Source of the DNA: Phormidesmis sp. | GTDB taxonomy: Bacteria > Cyanobacteriota > Cyanobacteriia > Leptolyngbyales > Leptolyngbyaceae | DNA length: 64,000 bases | Direction: 5' to 3' | NCBI GenBank assembly: GCA_965248535.1 | Contig: CBDFJR010000005.1 | Location: 512,001 to 576,000 of the forward strand | In this document: in pieces, positions 31,624 through 41,477 of the stretch | Layout of the letters: each line of letters begins with the position of its first letter | Position numbering within the stretch: the stretch's first letter is position 1 | The notes under the pieces: model-generated | What the model saw: the letters and a program-made list of their open reading frames with translations, nothing else | What the model was told of the DNA's origin: nothing | Database searches by the model: none | Program-made: the position numbers and the translations under genes

Positions 31624-33585
31624 TTATAGCGTTTTAGATAGTCTTCGTGACGGCTTTGCCGGGTTACTCAAAAAAGGTGGGAGAGGACAATCCAGCACAA
31701 TGACGATCGCCCTCAATAACTCAGCTTCTTGATCCGTCACAATGCTGTCTAGAAGAACGGTATAAGAACACGCCTCAACGATCGCTTGTCTTAATTTCAC
31801 CGAGGTAACACTTAGCCGACTCAAACTTTTTCTCAACTCAGCAAAACTCCAGGCAGGCGGCACGTTGGGCAGGGTTTGCTGTCCGGCTCCGGGTAGTCGA
31901 AATAAGCCCGATCGTAGCGCATAGTTAATAGACTCTGAATTGGTCTGTCCGACTCGCGCTAAGGCTGACACCACAACAATGCAATCCGACCAAACTGGGT
32001 CAAGTGTTGAGAATTGTTCTGTCTTGACAACTGCACCCAAGCAAGGCTGAAGACGGGTTTGCAAAATCACCAAGATGACAAACTCGGTCAGTGACCAATG
32101 ACCATCGACCTTGGCTAATCCTTGAACAGTGTTGAACAATTGTTGACACTGAGCCGCAGAGTTTTGGAGTAAAGCGGGTATCGCGAGATCTAAAAAGGGA
32201 GTACGATCGCGCTCTGCCAACTGTTCAATAGATGAGTGCAACGTCAGCATTTGTTCACTGATCTCTGGCTCGATCTGGCGCAGCCACTCTATTTGCTGGG
32301 AGCGGACTTGCAGATTTTCGGGGTCGAGCAACAGGGCATAGACAAGAGCGATCGCGCCTTGACGTTCCTGAATACCCAACTGCACAGGTTCTGATACTTG
32401 CAATAGTAGCGATTGTGGATAGGCAACAGGCTTTGAGCGAACAACTGCCAACGGTTGAGACCCGCTCGACCCGGCAAAACCCATGACCAGAGAATCCTGA
32501 GATGCGATGCTAGAGCTAGAAGCTGAGAGTTGAGAATCTAACCCACCCAGGCGGCGGAGGCGCTGCCGAATCGGGGGATGAGTTGCCATCAGATCCTCTA
32601 GTGAGGAAAATTTGATAGCACTGCCAAAAAACATATGACTTGATGCCTCAGCGTGAGGAGACTGAAGCCGCGAACCGACTCCGCCAATCTTCTGCAACGC
32701 TCCTGCAATGCCATCGGGGTTGCGCGTAAACTGCACCGCCGAAGCATCGGCCAAAAACTCTCGTTGACGAGACACCGCACTCTTGATCAGCCGACCAAAC
32801 AGCAAGCCGAGCGACCCGATCGCCATCAGCGCCAGGCCAAAATACCAGAGCCAACTGCGATCGCTGTCTTCTGACTCAATCATCAATCTGCCCACAATGT
32901 AGACAAACAAAATGCCGTGCAAAACCCCCACTAATCGAAGGTTGAGCCGCATATCTCCGTTGAGAATGTGACTAAATTCGTGACCAATCACGCCCTGCAA
33001 TTCGTCGCGGGTTAACTGCTGCAAACAGCCACGAGTCACCCCAATTACCGCATTTTGAGGGGTGAACCCTGCCGCAAACGCATTGATTCCTAACTCGTTG
33101 TCTAACAGATAGACCGCAGGCGGAGGAATGCTGGACGCGATCGCCATTTCGTCAACAATGTTCAACAACTGTTGCTCGTCGGCATTGGCCATTTCTGCCA
33201 GAAGTATCCGTCCGCCTAACTCTTGAGCAATGACGCTGCCCCCTTGTTGTAGGGAAGAGATTTTATAGAGACTAGCGATCGTGATCACAACAATAGTGAC
33301 GATCGCCACCAGCCCAAACAGTTCAGGATTCCACCAGCCAGCAGTGCCAATGTGAGGTAGAGAACTGGTGACTAAATCAGGGCACGATCGCCGACCGATT
33401 CTGCTAAATATACCAATCTGTGACCCTCTGCAAACCGACGACACACTCCTCGAAATTGCGATATTAAAAATGATCAAAGCCGCAACGTAGATTGCCACGA
33501 TCATGGCAGCAACCGAGAGCGCAAACAGTCCCATGAGTTGCCGAGTGTTCTGCCGCGCCCGGTCTTGATGCTCAAAAAAGTTCAT
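31624..33585 (-). CDS. M48 (HtpX-like) zinc metallopeptidase with C-terminal extension
   Basis: MNFFEHQDRARQNT, INAFAAG, HEFSHILNGD, SRQREFLADA, THPP. Confidence 0.92.
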   Translation of the reverse strand: MNFFEHQDRARQNTRQLMGLFALSVAAMIVAIYVAALIIFNIAISRSVSSVCRGSQIGIFSRIGRRSCPDLVTSSLPHIGTAGWWNPELFGLVAIVTIVVITIASLYKISSLQQGGSVIAQELGGRILLAEMANADEQQLLNIVDEMAIASSIPPPAVYLLDNELGINAFAAGFTPQNAVIGVTRGCLQQLTRDELQGVIGHEFSHILNGDMRLNLRLVGVLHGILFVYIVGRLMIESEDSDRSWLWYFGLALMAIGSLGLLFGRLIKSAVSRQREFLADASAVQFTRNPDGIAGALQKIGGVGSRLQSPHAEASSHMFFGSAIKFSSLEDLMATHPPIRQRLRRLGGLDSQLSASSSSIASQDSLVMGFAGSSGSQPLAVVRSKPVAYPQSLLLQVSEPVQLGIQERQGAIALVYALLLDPENLQVRSQQIEWLRQIEPEISEQMLTLHSSIEQLAERDRTPFLDLAIPALLQNSAAQCQQLFNTVQGLAKVDGHWSLTEFVILVILQTRLQPCLGAVVKTEQFSTLDPVWSDCIVVVSALARVGQTNSESINYALRSGLFRLPGAGQQTLPNVPPAWSFAELRKSLSRLSVTSVKLRQAIVEACSYTVLLDSIVTDQEAELLRAIVIVLDCPLPPFLSNPAKPSRRLSKTL

Positions 33586-33588
33586 AAC

Positions 33589-34179
33589 TTATTCAAACGA
33601 GACGCGAGGAGCCACTTTGACTTCGGGTGCCACTTCTGCCAACAGTTGGGCTTCGGCAAAGTTAAAGCCCCCAGCAATCACACTGCTCGGAAACACTTCT
33701 CGCTTGGTGTTGTAGACCGTGATGGCATCGTTAAAGGCTTGACGAGCAAAGGCGATGCGATTTTCGGTTGACGAAAGTTCTTCCATGACTCGTGTCATTG
33801 TCTGATCGGCCTTGAGATCAGGATAGGCTTCTGAGATGGCGAGAAAACGCCCTAACGCCCCCGTGAGAGCGGCTTCTGCATTGCCTAACTGCTGCATTGC
33901 CTGTGGGTCTCCGGGTGCTTGGGCGGCTCGACCACTGGCCGTTAAAGCAGAATTGCGGGCGGCAATCACGGCTTGCAGCGTTTCTTTCTCATATTTCATG
34001 TAGCCTTTGGCCGTTTCAATCAGATTGGGAATCAGATCGTAGCGACGCTGAAGCTGAATATCAATCTGCGAGTAGGCGTTTTTATAACGATTGCGGAGCG
34101 TGACTAGACCGTTGTAAGCATCCACAACAATGAAGCCGAGGACTAAGACCAAGGCAACGAGAAAAATTAGAAATCCCAT
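33589..34179 (-). CDS. lemA: LemA family protein
   Basis: YNGLV, QLQRRYDLIPNL, EAYPDLKA, ENRIAFARQAFND. Confidence 0.94.
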   Translation of the reverse strand: MGFLIFLVALVLVLGFIVVDAYNGLVTLRNRYKNAYSQIDIQLQRRYDLIPNLIETAKGYMKYEKETLQAVIAARNSALTASGRAAQAPGDPQAMQQLGNAEAALTGALGRFLAISEAYPDLKADQTMTRVMEELSSTENRIAFARQAFNDAITVYNTKREVFPSSVIAGGFNFAEAQLLAEVAPEVKVAPRVSFE

Positions 34180-34331
34180 ACTAGTGAAATCCTCAAGGGT
34201 GAGACGAAATGGCGGTGTTAATTAAGAGTAAGTAGTCACAGTTTGTTGAAGATACAAGAGAGAAGTTTGCATTCCCGATCGCCAGTGTTCCCCCTCCGAT
34301 ATTTGAGGGCAACATCCGATCGAGCAGACAC

Positions 34332-34358
34332 AAAAAAAGGGAGCTACTGTCAGCCCCC
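34332..34358 (-). terminator. Terminator after the PEP-CTERM gene
   Basis: A7-GGGAGCT-actgtc-AGCCCCC on the + strand. Confidence 0.55.
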
Positions 34359-34390
34359 GTTACGCATTTTGTGAATGAATCTAAACAGCC

Positions 34391-35326
34391 TTACGCTTTT
34401 TTGAGCCGATGGCGCTTGAGAGCAAGCAAACTGCCCAACCCCACTAAGCCCAGCAAAGCAGACGGCTCAGGAACGTGCTTTTTGATCGGAGCCACTCCTT
34501 TGATTTTGATCTCATAATTGCCACTGTGAGAGATGCCATCACTTTTCTCAACCAGATTAGACTGGGTTGCAGAAAAGCCAAAGCCGTAGTCAACGACCCC
34601 GTTGTAGGAGTATTTGAAAACTTCGCTGGCTTGAATGGGAGTGGCTCCTAGCTGGGTTTTTAAGCCCGCGATCGTCGCTTTGCTCTGTTGAGTTGAGGCT
34701 GATCCAGGCAAGTTCGCGAGATAGGCATCAAGCGACTTTGTGATCAGAGTGTTGGCGTTTAAGTGACCTGCCAAACCGACTTGAATCTCTCCCGTCGTGT
34801 CGTTCTGATTGACGTAGGAAATGTTAGGGTCACTAAACCGTTCAAAGCCCCCATAGGTTTTGAAAATGTTGAACATCTGCAAACCTGCGCTGGTGCCTGC
34901 CAGACTGCCCAACCCATTTTGAGTCAGCGCTTGACCAAACCAATATTGACCAAAGGTGGTGCCTTTATAGGCGCTGTTCCAGTCGTCTTTAGTCAAGCTG
35001 CTGAGAGTGATCGCTTTGCCCCCGATCGTTCCACTCAGGCTGGTGGTTTTGGTGAAATCAAAGCCAGCCTTCTCACTGCTGGCTGCAAGCTCAACGTTGC
35101 CCGTCGGGTGGTTGCTGTCACCGCCTAAGACCTTGGCCAAGTTTGCGGGAGTTTTGGCCACCTCAAAGGTGTTGGTCGAGTTGGCATCATAGATCAGATA
35201 GTCAGTTGGGTTGGTGCCGCCGATCGTTGCGCCCGATAGTGTGCCTGCAAAGGCGGGAGTGCCCATAATCGCACTCGCCGTGACGATCGCGCTGGCGATC
35301 GCCAGCCGAGGAAGTTTTTTTACCAT
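34391..35326 (-). CDS. PEP-CTERM sorting-domain surface protein (resembles the cyanobacterial NF038130 family)
   Basis: Signal peptide from MVKKLPRLA; C-terminal VPEPSALLGLVGLGSLLALKRHRLKKA; GNVELAASSE and RFSDPNISYVNQ. Confidence 0.88.
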   Translation of the reverse strand: MVKKLPRLAIASAIVTASAIMGTPAFAGTLSGATIGGTNPTDYLIYDANSTNTFEVAKTPANLAKVLGGDSNHPTGNVELAASSEKAGFDFTKTTSLSGTIGGKAITLSSLTKDDWNSAYKGTTFGQYWFGQALTQNGLGSLAGTSAGLQMFNIFKTYGGFERFSDPNISYVNQNDTTGEIQVGLAGHLNANTLITKSLDAYLANLPGSASTQQSKATIAGLKTQLGATPIQASEVFKYSYNGVVDYGFGFSATQSNLVEKSDGISHSGNYEIKIKGVAPIKKHVPEPSALLGLVGLGSLLALKRHRLKKA

Positions 35327-35510
35327 TTCGCGCCGTTGTTGTGAAGTTGGATGCAGGGGCAACTCTGGGCAGTCCCAGTCCTGAAATCGTTTTTGAGAGC
35401 CATCTATCTCTGGCTACCCTATCCTGCCCAATTTACAAAAGACTCTACTGAACGTTCGCGAAGTTCTGGTTAAGCTTTCTCAGCTAGCATCAAGGCTGTG
35501 TGAAGCTTGT

Positions 35511-36698
35511 CTAAGGGCGATTTGGCGAGGGGTCGCCTAAGAACTGAGCTATGCGATCAACCGCCGTTTCTAAAATCTCTGAGGGATGAACCAAGGCAAA
35601 TCGCACATAGCCTTCGCCCGACTTGCCAAACCCTGCGCCAGGTGAGACTGCGACCCCAGTAGCTTCCACCAAGTCGATGCAGAATTTGATCGAGTCTGTA
35701 CTCCAGGGTTCTGGCAATTTTGCCCAGACATAGAGGGCTGTTTGAGGCGTGGGAACTAGCCACCCGATCTGAGCAAGAGCCGCGACAAAGACATCTCGAC
35801 GCTGACGAAAGGTAGCGATCGCTGCTTGGGTGCCCGCTTGAGACCCGGTGAGGGCAGCGATCGCGCCGTTTAGAATGCCTTGATATTGATTGAAGTCTAC
35901 CGCCGCTTTGACGTGCCGCAAAGCTCGAATGAGTTGGGCATTGCCGATCGCATAGCCCACCCGAAAACCGCCCATATTGTAGGACTTAGAGAGCGTGAAG
36001 AACTCGATCGAGACGCTCTTATGAGGATCAGCCTGCAAAATCGAGGGCGCTGCGGTGTCGCTAAACACCAGATCGACATAGGGAAAGTCATGCACCAGCA
36101 CCAGATTGTGTTCCTGGCAAAACGCGACGGCTTCCTTGAAAAAAGAGAGAGGCGCGATCGCTGTCGTCGGATTGTGGGGATAGCTCAACACCATCATTCT
36201 CGACTGGGCTAAGACGTGAGGTGGAATGTCTTGTAAAACAGGCAAAAATCCGTTTTCTGCTTTGAGCGGCATCGGGTAAATTTGACCGCTTGCCAGATGA
36301 ATGCCCCCCGCATGGGAGGGATAGCCCGGATCGAGCAGCAGCGCAAAATCACCAGGATTCAAGATCGCCAAGGGCAAATGGGCCGTGCCTTCTTGAGAGC
36401 CGATGAGAGGCAAGACCTCCGTTTCTGGATCGATGGCAATGCCGAACTTTTGGGTATACCAACTCGCCGCCGCTTGCCGAAAGGACTGGGTGCCGTGAAA
36501 CAAGAGATAGCCGTGAGTGCTGGGATCATGGAGCGATCGCCCGATCGCTTCTAACACATGGGGCTGGGTCGGAAGATCAGAAGACCCCAGAGACAGGTCA
36601 ATGATCTCACGTCCGGCTGTCTGGGCTTTAGTTTTCGCCCGATCCATGTCAGCAAAGACATTGACTTGCAACAGTTCTAAACGAGTGGCAAATTGCAT
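35511..36698 (-). CDS. PLP-dependent class I/II aminotransferase (LL-DAP aminotransferase-like)
   Basis: IDLSLGSSD, LIGSQEG, YPHNPT, HDFPY, TLSKSYNMGGFRVG; likely start MQFATRLE. Confidence 0.9.
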   Translation of the reverse strand: MQFATRLELLQVNVFADMDRAKTKAQTAGREIIDLSLGSSDLPTQPHVLEAIGRSLHDPSTHGYLLFHGTQSFRQAAASWYTQKFGIAIDPETEVLPLIGSQEGTAHLPLAILNPGDFALLLDPGYPSHAGGIHLASGQIYPMPLKAENGFLPVLQDIPPHVLAQSRMMVLSYPHNPTTAIAPLSFFKEAVAFCQEHNLVLVHDFPYVDLVFSDTAAPSILQADPHKSVSIEFFTLSKSYNMGGFRVGYAIGNAQLIRALRHVKAAVDFNQYQGILNGAIAALTGSQAGTQAAIATFRQRRDVFVAALAQIGWLVPTPQTALYVWAKLPEPWSTDSIKFCIDLVEATGVAVSPGAGFGKSGEGYVRFALVHPSEILETAVDRIAQFLGDPSPNRP

Positions 36699-36782
36699 AC
36701 GCGCTTGCGATCGCCCATCAGCATTGAGACGACAGAATTTTAGATCCTCAGTGTACCGCTTCAACAGTGCGGATAGGGCTGC

Positions 36783-37112
36783 CTACGCCGGAAGCTGAGA
36801 CAGCACAAAATCCTCTAGTTTTTGTTTGCTGATTGCGCCTTCGCTAGCTTTTTTCACGGCTCCGCTCTCAAAGAATCTAAAGGCAGGAACGCCTTCTATT
36901 TTGCACTGAGAAACACTTTTGGGATTGGGATCGACTTCCATCTTAATCACTTTTAAGCGATCGCCATAGCTAGAGGCGATGCCTTCGACCAGAGGAGCCG
37001 TCAACCGACAGGGCCCACACCACGAAGCCCAAAAATAAACCAGCACGGGCTGATCGGCGTTTAGCACTTCAGCTTCAAACTCGTCGTCTCCAATTACCCG
37101 AACGCTGCCCAT
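36783..37112 (-). CDS. Thioredoxin
   Basis: FWASWCGPC active site, 109 aa. Confidence 0.94.
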   Translation of the reverse strand: MGSVRVIGDDEFEAEVLNADQPVLVYFWASWCGPCRLTAPLVEGIASSYGDRLKVIKMEVDPNPKSVSQCKIEGVPAFRFFESGAVKKASEGAISKQKLEDFVLSQLPA

Positions 37113-37168
37113 ATTGCTATCACTATTACTAACATCCGTTCATAATTCTAAAGCCTTTGCAGAGACAA

Positions 37169-37202
37169 AGATTCCCGGCTTCTCTAAGGAAGTCGGGAAT
37201 CT
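37169..37202. repeat. Short palindromic dispersed repeat/terminator between vipp1 and trx
   Basis: AGATTCCCGGCTTC-tctaag-GAAGTCGGGAATCT. Confidence 0.7.
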
Positions 37203-37218
37203 GCGGATCGCAATAATC

Positions 37219-38013
37219 TTAAAGCTGATCGAGTTGCTTTTTTAGATCTTCTAGCTCTGCGTCAACAACCTGGCGATCTTGAGGAGACGCGGTGGACTTG
37301 GTTTGAGGAGTTGCGGGTGCAGTGCCGGGCAACTGAGCCTGATTTTGAGGCGTGCTCGGAGCCAGCATTTGCGCCTTCATCGCTTCGAGTTCGAGGTCAA
37401 CGTCTCCTGACTCTAGTCTGGCAAATTGGCTTTCTAAATCGGCACCTGCCAACTCAGCGGCTGCCTGCGATCGCGCCTCTAGCTGCAAAACTTTATCCTC
37501 CATCCGCTCAAAGGCGGCCATCGCGCTGCCTGTGCCCAGATTTCCGACCGCGTTTTGCAACTGTTCTTGAGCTTTGGCAGCGCTGGCGCGGGCCCGCAGC
37601 ATATCTTTTTTGGTTTTTGCTTCAGAGATTTTGCCTTCTAGGGCGATCAAACTGCGCTTGAGAGTGTCAACCTGGGTCACTTGCTGATCGAGTTGACTCT
37701 TGAGAGTGGTCGAGGTGTCGGCGTAGGTCTTTTTGCGGAGTAGAGCTTCACGGGCGAGATTTTCATCGCCTTTTTGCAGGGCAAGCTGGGCTTTTTGCTG
37801 CCAGCTAGTTGATTGCGTTTGGGCCTGGTTATATTGCTGCTCGGTGCGTTTTTGGCTGGCGATCGCGCTAGCCACCGCCTGACGCAACTGCACCAGATCC
37901 TCCTGCATATCGATGACAGCCTGTTCCAGGATCTTTTCTGGGTCTTCAGCCTTGCTCACCATGTCGTTGACGTTCGCTCTGACCACGCGGCTGATTCGGT
38001 CAAATAATCCCAT
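37219..38013 (-). CDS. vipp1: PspA/IM30 family protein with C-terminal extension (Vipp1)
   Basis: MGLFDRISRVVRANVNDMVSKAEDPEKILEQ; linker then VDAELEDLKKQLDQL helix. Confidence 0.9.
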   Translation of the reverse strand: MGLFDRISRVVRANVNDMVSKAEDPEKILEQAVIDMQEDLVQLRQAVASAIASQKRTEQQYNQAQTQSTSWQQKAQLALQKGDENLAREALLRKKTYADTSTTLKSQLDQQVTQVDTLKRSLIALEGKISEAKTKKDMLRARASAAKAQEQLQNAVGNLGTGSAMAAFERMEDKVLQLEARSQAAAELAGADLESQFARLESGDVDLELEAMKAQMLAPSTPQNQAQLPGTAPATPQTKSTASPQDRQVVDAELEDLKKQLDQL

Positions 38014-38261
38014 AATTCTGTCGTTCCTCTTGACGTGTATACAAAAGGGTGTGCTGTAAACCTATACGTTATCTCACACCGCCGATCGTAGAAAGAAATC
38101 TACTGAATTAATTAGCGCCTTCTGACCTAATAGTTCACAGTTCTGGCGATTCTTGCTCAGTCAGATCGGCCACCTTACGACCTGTCAAAAACTAGGCCCT
38201 TCCTTAGTTTAAGAATTTCAGGCTGAAATCGGTAGATCAATCGATTTTTTACCGGATTCTG

Positions 38262-39479
38262 TCAAGAATTGAAGGCCGGGAAAAAAGTTGCCCCCACCGA
38301 TCGCTTTAATTTTCGCATTGCTCGACCCGCCATATCGCTAAATAAAAGATCGCCACATAAAAGCTGGGCGGCCATGCGAGTAGCGTTTTCAGATTTAACA
38401 CCATATTTATAGAAAGCGCCCGTCCATTGATAGAAGACTTGAGCCAGGGTCAAGGCAGCATCAAAGTTAGCAGCAAATTCAGCATGAATGCGATCGGTGT
38501 AGTGGTCTGCCGCCTGATCGACTAAACATTGAGCCGCGATCTGACCACTTTTGACCGCGTGGAGAATCCCGTCGCCAAAGAGAGGATTGATCAATCCAGC
38601 GGCATCTCCGACTAGCAAAATCCGTCCTTCGTGAAGCGGCTCTTTGCCCTGCCAGGTCGGTAGAGGGTGAGCGTGAAAACGGGCCTGGTCCCGATCGAGC
38701 GGCAGCCCCATCGCTTCGACATAGTGAAAAATAGTCTGCTGTAGCTCAGTTCGCAAAGCCCGGTTGCTGCGAGCGTCTTGGCGATTGGGTCGAAACACGC
38801 CAGCGCCAATATTCAGGTGATCGGCTTTAGGAAAAATCCAGGCATAGCCGCGCTTGACGGCTCCATACTCCAAATGGGCCACATCGGGGCGCAGATCACC
38901 CAGTCCGTCTCCCCATCGGTGAGGGTGCTCCAGTTCCATAGCTAGGGCGATCGCTCGATTTTGCCGCAGTCGCGTTGATTTGACCGTGACCCCGTTAGCG
39001 CCGTCAGCACCAATGACATAGTGAGCTTTGGCAACAAAAGAACTGCCTGTTTTGATGTCTTGAGCCAAAACTTTGATGCCATCTGGCTCGACTTGGAGCG
39101 ATCGCACAGCTAGCCCGTCTCGCAACTCTGCGCCCGATCGCACGGCTCGTTGAGCGAGGGCATGGTCAAACACCGATCGCTGCACCATCCACAGCAGCAA
39201 TCGCCTATCGACACCAGGCGGGTTAATGGCTGCGAGACAAGCATCGTCAAAGTTCCAAGTGTGGCGCAGATGAGTGACTTGAGACTCAATAAACGCTTCA
39301 GGTGCCAAATCTTGCAAGTGGTCTTGCAGCACCATCGGCATTCCACCCCCACAGGTCTTATGGCGAGGCAAAAACTGCTTCTCTAGCAGGGCAACCTTTA
39401 GCCCCGCTTGGGCGGCTTCTGCGGCTGCTACAGTTCCGGCTGGCCCGGCACCACACACCACCAGATCATAATTCAACAT
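38262..39479 (-). CDS. Geranylgeranyl reductase family FAD oxidoreductase
   Basis: GAGPAG, PRHKTCGGG, GADGANG, GYAWIFPK, LVGDAAGLINPLFGDGI. Confidence 0.9.
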   Translation of the reverse strand: MLNYDLVVCGAGPAGTVAAAEAAQAGLKVALLEKQFLPRHKTCGGGMPMVLQDHLQDLAPEAFIESQVTHLRHTWNFDDACLAAINPPGVDRRLLLWMVQRSVFDHALAQRAVRSGAELRDGLAVRSLQVEPDGIKVLAQDIKTGSSFVAKAHYVIGADGANGVTVKSTRLRQNRAIALAMELEHPHRWGDGLGDLRPDVAHLEYGAVKRGYAWIFPKADHLNIGAGVFRPNRQDARSNRALRTELQQTIFHYVEAMGLPLDRDQARFHAHPLPTWQGKEPLHEGRILLVGDAAGLINPLFGDGILHAVKSGQIAAQCLVDQAADHYTDRIHAEFAANFDAALTLAQVFYQWTGAFYKYGVKSENATRMAAQLLCGDLLFSDMAGRAMRKLKRSVGATFFPAFNS

Positions 39480-39538
39480 AGTCTTGGCTTGACGGCTAAA
39501 AGGTCGATCTTTAGCCTAGTGCACAATGGAAAGCTTGC

Positions 39539-39871
39539 TTAATCGGCGGTCTCTAGTAGAGTCTTAAAGGTGGCTTCTAGAGTCTGCACTTCCCTTAAGA
39601 TCTGCTGTTTTGCCCGATCGTGAGTCTTCCACCACTCACCGCGTAAATTAATTCCGACCACATAGCGCTCTTTTGAGCAAGCAATAATCACCGAGATGCC
39701 TTGTTCGAGCAGTTTTGACCCTAGCTCATAGACCTGATCACGGCGGCGGGGGCTAAAAACGTGAAATTGCAAAAACATTTCGCCTTGATAGCTGATGCTG
39801 TCACAGACACGATCGTCAAACCACGACTTAAAGAAGCAGCAATCCGCTTCGTTTGCCAGTAGCAATTTCAT
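39539..39871 (-). CDS. Hypothetical protein
   Basis: 110-aa ATG ORF filling an intergenic gap. Confidence 0.7.
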   Translation of the reverse strand: MKLLLANEADCCFFKSWFDDRVCDSISYQGEMFLQFHVFSPRRRDQVYELGSKLLEQGISVIIACSKERYVVGINLRGEWWKTHDRAKQQILREVQTLEATFKTLLETAD

Positions 39872-40293
39872 CTTCTTTCACCCGCTCCAACGGTTGTATT
39901 TGGCCTAGCGAATAATATTTTGTTTACCTAGTTAAATTATTCTACTGCTGGCTCTCGTTGATCAACCACAGGTCTAGGGAGGTAAAAATGTCGCTAAGAT
40001 TAGGTGCCTGGTAACCAGGTTACATCTTCCCTCATCTTTGATAGCACCGCAGGGTCAGACACCCCATCGTGCTTTCACCAAACTATGAGAGGGTCAGTCC
40101 GCTAGACTTTACGTAGCTATTCTGACCAACCGACCTCTTGCTGACGCTCACACTTCACAAAATTTCTGAATTATCGCGATCGACTCATGGCTAATGACTG
40201 CTGCACGATTCAAAACCTGGATGGTTTTCTCATCGAACGGTTACCCAATCTGATTAGTCCGCCAATGCTCAATCAGAGAGGCGGGGCGCTCCA

Positions 40294-41391
40294 ATGAAAA
40301 TCTTGGTCATTGAGGATGAAACAGACGTTCGGCTTAATATTGTGGAGATTTTAGCATCGGGCGGCTTTGATCCAATTCATGCAGAAGATGGTCTAACGGG
40401 CTTAAATCTGGCCAAAAAAAGGCCGCCAGATTTGATTGTTTGTGATATTAAAATGCCAGATTTTGATGGCTACTGTGTGCTCAAAGCGCTGCGCCAAGAT
40501 CCTTTAACCGCAGAGATTCCATTTATTTTTTTGACTGCCAAGTCTGACAAAGCCGAGATGCGCCAGGGCATGAATTTAGGAGCCGATGATTATCTGACTA
40601 AACCCTTTCGACGGTTGGAATTGTTAGAAACGATCGCGGCACGACTTAAACGCCACCGTGCTCAAATAGACATTCAAGAAAAGGTGAGAGATCTACAAGA
40701 ACTGACCCTTCAAAAAAATGATTTGGTCACCACAATTACCCATGATCTCAGAGCACCTTTAACGACGATTAAAGTCGCTCTGCAATTGATAGCAGCGGTT
40801 CCTAATAATGGCAAACAATATATAGAGATTGCTCTGGTTGCTTGCGCTCAAGGAGAGGCTTTAATTCAAAATCTTTTAGATCTTTATCAATTAGAGTCAG
40901 GCGAGACTTTAGCTACGCCAAAACCTCTGGACTTGAAGGAGCATTTTCACAAAATTATCGAGTCGTTTCAAATTCGCGCTCTCGACTGTCAACAGGTTTT
41001 GACGATTGATTTGCCCGACACGCTGCCCACGATCGTTCACGATGCCGTCAGCCTGCAACGCATCTTTGTCGAGCTTCTCAACAATGCAGGCAAATATACG
41101 CCGAGTCGGGGTGAAATCATTTTTAAGATTCGTGAATTTGTGCAGCCAGATCAAACGCCGATGCTGCGGTTTACAGTAATTAACCAATCAGAAATTGCGG
41201 GTGAAGATTTGCCGCATATTTTTGACAAGTTTTATCGGGCATCGAGAAACGATCGCTGGAGACAGGGCGGCACTGGGCTGGGGTTAGCCCTGGTTAAAAA
41301 GCTGGTCGATCAGCTTCAAGGCTCGATTCAAGTCAACAGTGCAAACGGCTGGACTGCCTTTGTCGTTGACCTTCCCTTTAAACCTCTTTAA
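40294..41391 (+). CDS. Hybrid response regulator-histidine kinase (REC-HisKA-HATPase)
   Basis: ILVIEDE, CDIKMP, GADDYLTKPF; THDLRAPL; ELLNNAGKY; GGTGLGLA. Confidence 0.93.
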   Translation: MKILVIEDETDVRLNIVEILASGGFDPIHAEDGLTGLNLAKKRPPDLIVCDIKMPDFDGYCVLKALRQDPLTAEIPFIFLTAKSDKAEMRQGMNLGADDYLTKPFRRLELLETIAARLKRHRAQIDIQEKVRDLQELTLQKNDLVTTITHDLRAPLTTIKVALQLIAAVPNNGKQYIEIALVACAQGEALIQNLLDLYQLESGETLATPKPLDLKEHFHKIIESFQIRALDCQQVLTIDLPDTLPTIVHDAVSLQRIFVELLNNAGKYTPSRGEIIFKIREFVQPDQTPMLRFTVINQSEIAGEDLPHIFDKFYRASRNDRWRQGGTGLGLALVKKLVDQLQGSIQVNSANGWTAFVVDLPFKPL

Positions 41392-41477
41392 ATAAAATAA
41401 CCTTGTGGCGATTTAACGCCCTTGCAAGGGTGTTTTGAGCAAAAATTAACGTTATCGCTTTTAGTGTTCCTGACCCA

